Part shown: piece by piece, positions 52,575 through 64,000 of the stretch | Layout of the letters: each line of letters opens with the position of its first letter | Position numbering within the stretch: position 1 is the first letter of the stretch | Assembly (NCBI RefSeq): GCF_001194135.2 | Contig: NC_068993.1 | Coordinates: 62,343,730 to 62,407,729 of the forward strand | From: Octopus bimaculoides | Lineage: Eukaryota | Direction: 5' to 3' | DNA length: 64,000 nt | Translations under genes and position numbers: made by a program | The notes under the pieces: model-generated | The model's input: the letters and a program-made list of their open reading frames with translations, nothing else | Database searches by the model: none | What the model was told of the DNA's origin: nothing

Positions 52575-52871
52575 NNNNNNNNNNNNNNNNNNNNNNNNNN
52601 NNNNNNNNNNNNNNNNNNNNNNNNNNNNNNNNNNNNNNNNNNNNNNNNNNNNNNNNNNNNNNNNNNNNNNNNNNNNNNNNNNNNNNNNNNNNNNNNNNNN
52701 NNNNNNNNNNNNNNNNNNNNNNNNNNNNNNNNNNNNNNNNNNNNNNNNNNNNNNNNNNNNNNNNNNNNNNNNNNNNNNNNNNNNNNNNNNNNNNNNNNNN
52801 NNNNNNNNNNNNNNNNNNNNNNNNNNNNNNNNNNNNNNNNNNNNNNNNNNNNNNNNNNNNNNNNNNNNNNN

Positions 52872-52913
<42 letters not shown>

Positions 52914-52914
52914 C

Positions 52915-53035
52915 GTTTCTACTGAAATTTGAGGGAGGGGGTAGTTTGATTACATCGACCCAGTGCTACACTGGTACTTAATTTATCGACCCCGGAAGGA
53001 TGAAAGACAAAGTCGACCTCGGCGAAATTTGAACT

Positions 53036-53037
<2 letters not shown>
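52915..53037 (-). mobile_element. SINE A fragment between two (TAA)n tracts
   Basis: atcgaccccggaaggatgaaagacaaagtcgacctcggcg, flanked by (AAT)n on both sides. Confidence 0.85.
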
Positions 53038-53072
<35 letters not shown>

Positions 53073-54125
53073 TACTGTTTCTTCAACAATAACATTTGGA
53101 AGTAAACTCAGATGTCCTGAAATAAGAAAAACTAGCTCATTGTAGGGTTTAATTTAGCAGTCCGTTGTTGAACAATTATTACACATTTGTACCGTTTAAT
53201 TAACAATTAGGAATCCATTGTATTTTAATAAGTCTACTGCTTGATTTTCTTTCATTTATTAAAATGAATTTTGCTGTGGATGAAGAGAAAATTACTAGCC
53301 GTAGCCAGAATTTGAAACTGGTTCATGATGCGACCACAGACCGGTGCTCTACAACTGTTCTACCGTATCGGCTAACGATCGTTGTACTATCATGCAATGC
53401 GGACATCATCGAATCAACAAGTGAATTTTCTGTATACAGTGTGCCCTGTACCACTATGTGTACGTGCGTATGTATGCCTAAAAATGCAACGTATGAGTGT
53501 GTGTGTGTGTGTGTGTGTGTGTGTCTGTCTGTTTATTCAGTGTGTGAATGTATATATGAATATTTATATATATGTATGTATATAAGCGGGTTTCTCTGTC
53601 CGATATCAGTGGGTACGTCGCAGAATTCATACCGGTCACTCTCGAAGTGTCAACTTTCTTTTTTTTTTCCGCTTCAAGACAATTCCAAGCGTATGTGTCA
53701 TTTGCACTAGTGTGTGTGTGTGTGNNNNNNNNNNNNNNNNNNNNNNNNNNNNNNNNNNNNNNNNNNNNNNNNNNNNNNNNNNNNNNNNNNNNNNNNNNNN
53801 NNNNNNNNNNNNNNNNNNNNNNNNNNNNNNNNNNNNNNNNNNNNNNNNNNNNNNNNNNNNNNNNNNNNNNNNNNNNNNNNNNNNNNNNNNNNNNNNNNNN
53901 NNNNNNNNNNNNNNNNNNNNNNNNNNNNNNNNNNNNNNNNNNNNNNNNNNNNNNNNNNNNNNNNNNNNNNNNNNNNNNNNNNNNNNNNNNNNNNNNNNNN
54001 NNNNNNNNNNNNNNNNNNNNNNNNNNNNNNNNNNNNNNNNNNNNNNNNNNNNNNNNNNNNNNNNNNNNNNNNNNNNNNNNNNNNNNNNNNNNNNNNNNNN
54101 NNNNNNNNNNNNNNNNNNNNNNNNN

Positions 54126-54176
<51 letters not shown>

Positions 54177-54715
54177 AAATTACATATAAATATATATGCA
54201 CGCACACGCACACGCACACACATATGTACATAAAGATATACACACATACATGTGTGTGCGTGTGTGTGTTTACAAGTGTGTACAAAGAGGAAAGTAGTTG
54301 CTATCGAGATGCAAAGTCGACGTGTTTGCACTGAGATACTCGTTTTTAATGGTGATTTACAAATGTAAAACAAATCCTAAATATACATGGGTGGGCAGTT
54401 TATTACTTTGACCATCCAGATTAAAGTGAAACTACGAGGGTGTGGATTTAGAAGCGAGCAACCTATTAAGTTGACATCTCTCGTGTAGTACCTCTAAGAA
54501 TTTGAAATGCGACCGAAACCGAATTTTTTCACATGTACATATATATAATCCGTTGCTTTAAACTGAATAAACATTGAATATAAGCAACAACATCATCATC
54601 AACAACAACAACAACAATAATGCTTTTTACTTTAGGCACAGGGTAATCGATTACATCTGTCCCCAGTACTCAACTGGTACTTACTTTATCGAATTCGAAA
54701 GGATGAAATAAATAG

Positions 54716-54718
54716 ATA

Positions 54719-54797
<79 letters not shown>
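54716..54797. repeat. (TAA)n microsatellite next to a SINE A fragment
   Basis: Read directly. Confidence 0.95.
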
Positions 54798-55604
54798 GAC
54801 TGCATCACCATCATCACTTTATTTGTTACAAGAAGGAGAGAAAAAGATTATAATTAGAGAAGAAGAATCCACAAAAACTGTAGCATGGGGTTTACTCAGA
54901 ATGGAGGCATAAACATGACTGGGAAAATTCTATGTCAGTAAATTTCTAATACAGGTGTAAATCCATGCTTCTCAGGTGTGTGATAGAGTTGAATATTTTT
55001 TTTTTCCGAACCAGCAATAGATTGATGTTGGAAGGATGAAAGGAACGGTTTAACCACAATGAGAATTTGAACTTAGAATGTAAAGGGACATAACTAAATG
55101 CCGTCATCTTTTTGTCTGCCACCCAACCAATTGTTCCAATCCACCCAGCCTTTAGAAATAATGTTGGTGATAACGAATTCCTGAATTTACTCCCCAGATA
55201 TTTACAGTAGAAATCATAAAATACGTTTACACGGAAAGAAATGCCAAGAATGAAACACGATAAATAAATACAAAATTTTAGAGGGTTGACGAAACCCATC
55301 AAACACCAACATAACGAAAGAGTGCGCGTGCGTGTATGCGTGTGTGTGTGTGTGCGCGCACACGGTTGTTGCGTGAGTAAATTAAAATATATAAAGTCTT
55401 AACAAGTAAACAAATTATAAACAATAACGTCATTCTCAGCATCATTTACATCATCATCATCTTCATCATCATTATTAACATCAACATCATCATCATCTTG
55501 TACATCAACTTTTTGTGTGTGTATAATATCTTACCTGTAAACATATGTAAATTCACTCTTGTTACCGACCATAAGTTTTAAGCACGAGTTCCTTTAAAAT
55601 TTGT

Positions 55605-55638
<34 letters not shown>

Positions 55639-56531
55639 TCTTTGTAACAATAATTTTCCGACTGTAACAGGTATATATTTTTTTAACTAGTATANNNNNN
55701 NNNNNNNNNNNNNNTATATATATATATATGTATATATGTATATATGTATATATATATATACTATGTGTAGATTTCACTCCGCTTTGTATAAATTTGGTAG
55801 AATTTTTGTTTGTTTTCGGTTTTCTTTCTTGTGTTATTTTTTCCCCGTTGTTTCTTTCTCCGTTAATTTCTTCGGTTAAGTCGTAATACTTTTTTTCCTT
55901 TTACGCTTGTTAGGTCTGGTAGAAAAAGACTGTTCGTGAAGTCGGGTCTCAGGCTCAATGCACCGTACAGCTTTTAGCGTTTTCATTGAAAGCTTCCTCT
56001 CGGCCGAATGCGACCTCTTTAACCGGTCTGCGATGCGCTGTTGTGAATATTCTTCTTGTTGCTGTTTACTGTTTTAATTCTTATTGCGCGCATTCACTGC
56101 ACAACCGAGCGCAGCTCTGTGGGCCCTGGGTATGTGCAGTATTTTGCTTTAGACGGGTATTTTCTGATATATTGACAGCGTCTCCGTAATATATGTGTGT
56201 GCCGTACCTACGGTGCTGTTTCCTGTATTACAATGAAATTATCTGTGAGTAACAACAAGCGCATTATAACAGATATTCCTCTCGTTGTTGTTGTTGCTCT
56301 TATTCCGTTACAGTGCAATGGAAATGCTGCTGATGATGATGATGACCACTGCACTGTGGCTATTCAGAATAATAATAATTATTAGTGTTAATATTAATAT
56401 TATTAGAATTTAAATAATTAATACCATCTCGCGCAAAGCGGGCACCTGTTGTCTTTTGTATCTATTATACATGTGTGTGCCTATGTGCGTGTGTGAGAGC
56501 ATATACTTATATACGTACACACGTACATACA

Positions 56532-56593
<62 letters not shown>

Positions 56594-57045
56594 NNNNNNN
56601 NNNTATATATATATATATATAGATATATATATATGTATGTATGTATGTATGTACACACACACCTTATGTATGTGTAGATATTTTTGTATGTATGTAGTAA
56701 TAATATTGCTTTTTATTTTATTTGTTTTTGTGGGTGTGATGAAGAATTGTGTTCGATTTTTAAGAAAATTAATAACAATCCTGTTTTCGCGCGCGTGTAA
56801 CTAATATATATATATGTGTGTGTGTTTATGCATATAAATGTGTGTGTGAGAGAGAGAGAAAGAGAGAAAGAAAGAGAAAGAGACTGAGAAAGAGAGAGTG
56901 TGTGAGAGAGAGAAGATGAGGGTGTTAGCGGAGTTTTGCTTTATTCTTTCTTTCTCTCCTTCACTCCCAAATTACATACGCACACGTACACACACATGCA
57001 TTCATAAATGTAATCTATCTATCTCTTTCTCTCTATCTATGTCTT

Positions 57046-57088
<43 letters not shown>

Positions 57089-57107
57089 CTGTTTGTCTGT
57101 CCGTCTT

Positions 57108-57138
<31 letters not shown>

Positions 57139-57169
57139 CTTTCTCACAAACACTTTTTCTCGTTTTTTT

Positions 57170-57197
57170 TTATCTCTCTTTCTCTCTCACGTGCTCT

Positions 57198-57239
<42 letters not shown>

Positions 57240-57741
57240 ACTTAGCCTATACTATAAGCACTTATAATAGTAACGGACGTTGATGCAGTACTATATTACA
57301 TTCATTATCAACATCATCATCATCATCGCCATAGCTATCGTCATCATCGACACCGTTATATATATTTATATATATACATATATATCTTTTTTCTTTTTGT
57401 TTTACTTTATTGCTTTATTGTTTTAGTTGTTTCTGTGCCTTTTCTTTTTTGTTCTTTATATTTTTCAAATATTTTCTTTTTAGTTTCCATTTTGTTTCTT
57501 ATTGCTCTCCTCCCTCCTTTTTCCCCACTTTGTGTTTTTTCTTTCTGTCGCTTCCCCACCCCCGCTCTCTTCCTCCCTTCCTCTCTGTTTCACTTTCTCT
57601 TTTTACTCTCTCCATCTCTCTCTCTTCCTTCCTGGTTCACTTTCGCTTTTTACCTTTTTACTTTCTCTCTCTTTCTCTCCTCCTCTCTGGTTCATTTTCT
57701 CTTTTTTACTCTCTCTCTCTCTCTCTCTCTCTGTGTTTCTT

Positions 57742-57795
<54 letters not shown>

Positions 57796-57798
57796 CTT

Positions 57799-57834
<36 letters not shown>

Positions 57835-57845
57835 CTTTCTCTCTT
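57170..57845. repeat. Pyrimidine-rich (CT)n/(CTTT)-type tract
   Basis: Read directly. Confidence 0.9.
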
Positions 57846-58222
57846 TATGTTATGACAAAAATAAAGCAGGCATTCGGTTATTTAAGCCTTCCTCGCATCG
57901 CCATATACCATTCCTTGTCAGTGGAGTTTTTTACTCTTACTGTCAGTGAGTGGCATTGGATGCTGCGATGGTGGCGACGATGCATGTGGAGACAGTGATG
58001 GTGGCGAGGATGGCGATGGTGGTGGTGGTGGCGGTTGGCTTTACTGCTGCTGTCAGTGTCTGCATGTGTGTGTGTGAGAGCCGGAGTGCTGCTATGAAAG
58101 TAAGCAGAATGGGGGGCGCGCGCGCGAGGTGCATGCGCGTGTGTGTGTGTGTGTGTGTGTGAAACTATGTGCGCATGAGAGAGTATGTTTGTGTGTGTAT
58201 GCGAGTGAAATTATGTGCGCGC

Positions 58223-58268
<46 letters not shown>

Positions 58269-58376
58269 TAGCGCTATCGATCAGTCAAATGCAGCGGGGT
58301 CTGAAATATAGGATGAATAGCTAAGACAGCTTGCTGGTTAGACAGATTGCAAAATAGAAAGCACGATAACCAGCAA

Positions 58377-58503
58377 GCTACCTTGCTACCTTGCTACCTT
58401 GCTACCTTGCTACCTTGCTACCTTGCTACCTTGCAACCTTGCTACCTTGCTACTTTGCCGCCTTGCTACCTTGCTATTTTGCTACCTTACAACTTTGCTA
58501 CCT
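58377..58503. repeat. Octamer tandem repeat (TTGCTACC)n, about 15 units, decaying to the right
   Basis: Read directly. Confidence 0.95.
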
Positions 58504-58770
58504 AGTTTGTTAGGTTGCTTGTTAGCTAGATGTAGAAATTGCAGAGTAGATAGGTCGATCAATAGCCGGCTTGATAGTTAAAGAAATAGATAGGCAGGTA
58601 GGTATTTAGATGTACACAGATACAGAGATGTTTTGGTAAGCATTTGGGTAGAGAAAGATCAATATCGATATACTGAGAAATGTAGAAATATATATAGGAG
58701 ACAGTTTCGTAATATGTGGAATAGTCTTACGGAAAAAACGGGGCACTATTTGAATCACAAAGATATCAGT

Positions 58771-59210
58771 TTATGGTTCTTCAGTCGGTGATGGATGTTG
58801 CGGTTTTGTATGTCGATATACGATGTTCTGCCTTGGTGGCATTAAGATTTGAAAAGGATAGTAGAACAGTGATGCAGAAACTGTATTGAGGAACAGGAAA
58901 CAGTTGGTGTATGAGGGGCAGAAGCATGTGGGAGGATGGTCACTGCTGAGAGCAAAGCACAATTTCATAACAGATGATGCATGCTTGATGTGGATACGAC
59001 TGCACCCACTTTTGTGCACAGCTGCATCGGGAACAGTGGGAAAGTGTGTGTTATAGTGTCGGTCAAAGAACTCTGGATATTCTCCGATAACATCGATGAC
59101 GGTTGGTACAGCTGGACGGAGCGATACGATGAAAGTACCGAAGATGTTTTGATCTCCATTTGAAGAAAGATATAGGCAACAGATGTAACTACTAGAGGTA
59201 CGGAGTTTGA
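58771..59210 (-). mobile_element. CR1/L2-type LINE relic: APE endonuclease region
   Basis: Open frame with TFIVSLRP, VHKSG (cf. TH.SG), LSSDHPP (APE SDH motif) and PPRQNIVYRHTK (cf. the post-EN motif PP...I.YR..K). Confidence 0.5.
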
Positions 59211-59608
59211 GATTGGTGGGGGTGGGTGGGGCTGGGGGTTTGACAGTCAATTTTATCGATCTTAGTGCTCAACAGGTACTTATGTCGGTCAAATTTGAAC
59301 TCAGAACGTAAAGCCGGACGAACTGCTGCAAAGCATATTGTCCAAATCCCTAACGAATTTTCCAGCTTACCGGTGAAAGCAGGTGTAATATATATATAAA
59401 TATATATATATATAACAAGNNNNNNNNNNATTTTATCGATCTTAGTGCTCAACAGGTACTTATGTCGGTCAAATTTGAACTCAGAACGTAAAGCCGGACG
59501 AACTGCTGCAAAGCATATTGTCCAAATCCCTAACGAATTTTCCAGCTTACCGGTGAAAGCAGGTGTAATATATATATAAATATATATATATATAACAAGA
59601 GAGAGAGA

Positions 59609-59654
<46 letters not shown>

Positions 59655-60072
59655 GGGTTGATACAGGCCGTTAGTAAACATTAAGCATTTGCACGGCTTG
59701 TATAGATGACATAAAGCCGATAGTACTCGATCAACAGAGTTTATTAATCAACGTATATTACACACTTCGTCCCATATCGAACTTGATGGATATTACAATG
59801 AGTGCAGCTACGCAATTCATTGTTAAGCAATAAAGGTCGCTAATTATCCAGTTATAAATTAGAGCGTGTTGGGAACGGAGAAGGTAATTCCGAACTATAT
59901 ATATGCTTCCAAGCCAATCTGTACATGTGTTGTGTAACTTAAAGGTGTAACATTTATATTCAGTTTAGTTTTTCTTTACATACATTTAACTGCGGGTTGC
60001 AAGTTATTGTCACAAGGAGAAAAGTGAAGCATTAACGAAATATATATATATGGAAGCTGAAAGAAGCTCGTC

Positions 60073-60112
<40 letters not shown>

Positions 60113-61238
60113 NNNNNNNNNNNNNNNNNNNNNNNNNNNNNNNNNNNNNNNNNNNNNNNNNNNNNNNNNNNNNNNNNNNNNNNNNNNNNNNNNNNNNNNN
60201 NNNNNNNNNNNNNNNNNNNNNNNNNNNNNNNNNNNNNNNNNNNNNNNNNNNNNNNNNNNNNNNNNNNNNNNNNNNNNNNNNNNNNNNNNNNNNNNNNNNN
60301 NNNNNNNNNNNNNNNNNNNNNNNNNNNNNNNNNNNNNNNNNNNNNNNNNNNNTATATCACTAATTTAGAGACGAACCACCATTCTACAACTCAGTCAACG
60401 AAGGTTGGAATAAGTTTTTATTGATGCTAAATGTTGAAATAAACCTCTTCTCATTCTTTATGTTTTATACACTCCTAATAAAATAATAATTACTAATTAG
60501 ATTTAATGACTATACATTTGCAACCCTCCATTTAGTTTTGTTTGCTATGTGGTTTCTAGCCTGATCCATTAAGGGACCTTTCTATGAGTACCACCGGATT
60601 TGTTAAGTCCATATATTGCCCATTAAATACCCCCCCCCCACATATATATATACACACACATTTTCTTGTATACCTAGGCAGCTAGCAAAAAGTGAGTTGA
60701 AAGTTTGTTTAAATAGGTAACAACCGTAGATAAATAGACAGAGAAAGACAGATAGATAAGTAGATCATTTCGGAAACATATACAGAAAGTTACTTCGACT
60801 GATTGATGTGTGATTGGGGCGGTGGATAGACTTATACTGGTGTGGCGGCTTGAGTTGAAAATAAATATGAAGTCAAATGTAAGAGAAGCAAGATGAATAT
60901 AGGAATCTGTTTCTGCGAAATCCTGGAATACATGTGTGAAATATAACACTGTATTGATTGCGCTCTGCTTTAACTTCATGACTGAAACAAGATAAGAGAT
61001 TTTTACCGAATATAATTGTACTCTGGAAATTGTCTGCATCGATGCAATCCAAATCCAAAGCCAACGCCATCTGAAAAGAAAGAAAACCATTTCAAATTTT
61101 TCTGGATTATATCCAGCCACAGCAGCGAAGCTATTATTCCATGTAGTCACAAAATTCCTCCGGAACTTTACAGAACCGCAACCTTATATCTTTATGTGTA
61201 GAACAACTACCTCACTGTGTCTTAACAAATATAGTTTT

Positions 61239-61489
61239 GTGATAGTATGTTGTCAACTTAATGTGACAGTCCCATGAAAAGGAAGGATGCTACTGTTATT
61301 TAGCCCTAGGAAACACCGTTTCCTGTTGGACTTGACACATTTCTTGTGTTCTTATGTTTTCAAAGTGAAGACATAAGTACTCAAGAAATGTGTCAAGTCC
61401 AACAGGAAACAGTGTTTCCTAGGGCTAAATAACAGTAGCATTCTTCCCTTTCAGGGGACTGTCACATTAAGTTGACCACATACTATCAC
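61239..61489. mobile_element. 251-bp fold-back (palindromic MITE-like) element
   Basis: 124-bp arms with 8 mismatches around a 3-nt loop (aag). Confidence 0.9.
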
Positions 61490-61744
61490 TTTATCGTGCC
61501 CCTATTGCATAAATCTCTCAGAAATATAGAAATATATTATTTCTATTTTCAAATATAGTTTTAGTTGTATTCACAGTCATTCTATATATTTCTGAAAACC
61601 TCATGAATGCAGCTCTAAGCAAGAGTCCTCTACAATGTTTCATGACTTAGGTTTAGGGTTTTACAACTTAATACATTGACAAATTGAACAAGATTAAAAA
61701 AAAGCTAAAAAATAACCAAAAAATACGAAGCATATGTGTTCTTT

Positions 61745-61950
61745 CTGCTATAGGTACAAGGCCTGACATCTTGTGGGGAGGGGTTGGTCGATTAAAACGG
61801 CCACACTTTTCAAGTGGTACTTATTTTATCGACCCTGAAAGCATGTAAGGCAAAGCTGATCTCAGTGAAATCTTAACTCAGAGCATAAAGATGGACAAAA
61901 TGCCGCTAAGCATTTATTCTGCAGTGCTAACAATTCTGCTAAGCTCGCCG
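61745..61950 (-). mobile_element. SINE family A, diverged
   Basis: atcgaccctgaaagcatgtaaggcaaagctgatctcag...ctaagctcgccg. Confidence 0.8.
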
Positions 61951-62469
61951 TCTTTCGAAGCACACTTATTAAAATATATACTGTGCTCCGAGAAGCATTC
62001 TCTTTGCATTGTGCAAAATACACATTCTCCATCGGGATTCCAAATATACATTTTGTTATATATTTATTTCTTTAACATTTTCTTGCTGACAGCTGTTCGG
62101 AATGCAGCCAGTTTTCAGAAAGCCAATTGTGTCCTAATATAATATGCGTTTTACTTCAGTATATACGCCTTGAATTGATTGCTATTAGTCTCTTAGCTCG
62201 CGAATTGTATGAAGCTATATATACTTCAATACAAATATAACATACATGAAATAGGCGCGCGCATACACGCACGCATGCGTATGCATTTATGTCAGCATCC
62301 GTGTGTGTATATGTGTTTGTAAGTATGCATTTGGATGCATTTATGTTAGCATCTATGCGTTTCGGTGTATGCCACTCTACATGTAAAGACGTTAACAGGG
62401 ATAATGTACTGAATGATGTAAGCATAAAATTCCCAATTTTCACAATATTCTCATGGCGGCGGCGGCGGT

Positions 62470-62638
62470 GGTGGTGGGTGCTGAATGGTAAGAAGTTTGC
62501 TTCCCAACCACATCTTTCCGGTTTCAGTCCTATTGCTTGGCACCTTGGGCAAGTGTCTTGCCCTGTAAACCAGGGCCGAGCAAAAATTTATGAATGCATT
62601 TGGTCAACGGAAACGGGGGTTGTCGTAATTTTGGGTGT
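62470..62638 (+). mobile_element. SINE family B 5' part
   Basis: ggtaagaagtttgcttcccaaccac...ggcaccttgggcaagtgtctt. Confidence 0.8.
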
Positions 62639-62640
62639 GC

Positions 62641-62723
<83 letters not shown>

Positions 62724-63047
62724 TACGAGTGAGTGGACAAACGAAAGTAAGGGCTCTCAATATATTTATTGAGAGTTACATGTATAGACCAAAACAACTG
62801 GACTCGGATTCTGCGCTTCGTAAAGTTTCCAAGCCCCCATCGACACATTTCGTCAGACCGGCCTGACGAAAAGTCCCATGTGTTAGTTCTCTACCACCAC
62901 TTTGGTGAAAATCTTATCTTTGTTTGCTGATAAGGAATCAAACTATATACATGTTTCAATCTTATTTGATCTCATTATCATAAGAGTCTGCACAAACTAA
63001 AATTCCTATGTTAAAATAACCGAAAATATGTTGAAACAATAAGGCAG

Positions 63048-63209
63048 AGGCGCAAACATGGCTGTGGAGTAAGAAGTTTGTTTTCAAACCATATAGTTCT
63101 GGTTTCCTGGTCGAGTTCCTCTGCACGTTGGGCTAGTGTTTTCTACCATAGCTAAGCCAACCAAAGCCTTGTGAATGGATTTGATAAATGGAAACGGAAT
63201 AAAGCCAGT

Positions 63210-63244
<35 letters not shown>

Positions 63245-63480
63245 ACGTGCATACTTCTCCCCCATCATGGCGTGGCAACTGGTGTTGATTTTGTTTGCGT
63301 CCCACTTAGCATTTCAGCTAAAGATATCCGATAGTACTAGACTTAAAAAGAAAACAAAACAAACAAGACGAATAAATAAATAAATGAAAATAAAAACTCA
63401 GGTACTGGCGTCGATTTGTTCGACTGACCCCTTCCAGGCTGTGTCCCCTCATGTCTGCAGTCCAAGTACAAGATAAACGA
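63048..63480 (+). mobile_element. SINE family B, diverged full length
   Basis: aggcgcaaacatggctgtggagtaagaagtttg...ccaaagccttgtgaatggatttg...(TG)n...ctgcagtcc. Confidence 0.8.
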
Positions 63481-64000
63481 TAGCAAACGGTTTAAACATC
63501 GTTAGCAACGAAAGGAAAAAAAAACACGAACTATCGGAAGAATTATAATGTTACGATTCGACCAACTTGGTAAGACTTTAATAAATCAAACACACAATGC
63601 TGTATCATTATATTCATATCAGATAAGACAGCATATCTTTTAATTTAGAACCACAGACTCATTGAGCAAAGTACAATAGTTGCTCCATATAGCTGTGGAC
63701 TTTAAAAAAATATATCATCACTAATCAATACATTTCCAAGTCAGTTGCCTCAGAAATAGCATAAATGTTATAACCGTCATAGAATGTGTCTTCAAGTTGC
63801 TTCCACACTTTATCAGTTGCCTTACGAATGACATAAACGTTTTCTATTAGATTTATGCCGTCAATTTCGTCCTCAAGTTATAACATCATTTGCATCAACC
63901 GCAACAGAATAATATCATATTATCACTCGCGCTCTCAAACATACACACACACATATATATATGTATGTATGTATGTATATATATATATATATATATATAT

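Noticed and set aside
57410-57998. 179-aa and 187-aa Phe/Leu/Ser-rich ORFs
   Set aside because: Low-complexity CT tract; not protein-like.
59250-59599. 170-bp direct repeat either side of a 10-N gap
   Set aside because: Typical negative-gap assembly artefact; the same pattern occurs at 48325-48412.
62848-62871. tttcgtcag/ctgacgaaa 9-bp inverted repeat containing CTGACGA
   Set aside because: Too short, and the other hammerhead elements are missing on both strands.

Overview
AT-rich, repeat-saturated eukaryotic DNA from a fragmented draft assembly, with many N-gaps, mostly flanked by (TA)n/(TG)n tracts. The repeat families resemble those I recall from Octopus genomes, so an octopod cephalopod origin is my inference. 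I recognise no host protein-coding gene; most long ORFs in the track are microsatellite or N-gap artefacts. The window looks intronic or intergenic. It contains dozens of tRNA-derived SINE copies from at least six families (labelled A-F here), degenerate R4/Dong-like and CR1/L2-like LINE fragments, Penelope-like relics, three mariner deletion derivatives, two Tigger/pogo-type MITEs, two Helentron-type (HINE) elements, a 251-bp fold-back element and many micro/minisatellites. The most notable observation is a SINE-like element at 21264-21549. It joins a Pol III tRNA-type promoter (A and B boxes) to a minimal type-I hammerhead ribozyme of the Penelope type (21414-21459), with no Pol III terminator between them. 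Several further hammerhead-like relics occur elsewhere in the window. Other candidates are a branch point/acceptor/1-nt/donor cassette (8206-8232), a chain of short minus-strand exons (3347-4241), a pre-miRNA-sized hairpin (2393-2450), long dsRNA-forming inverted repeats, and a few unassigned candidate exons. All exon calls are low-confidence.
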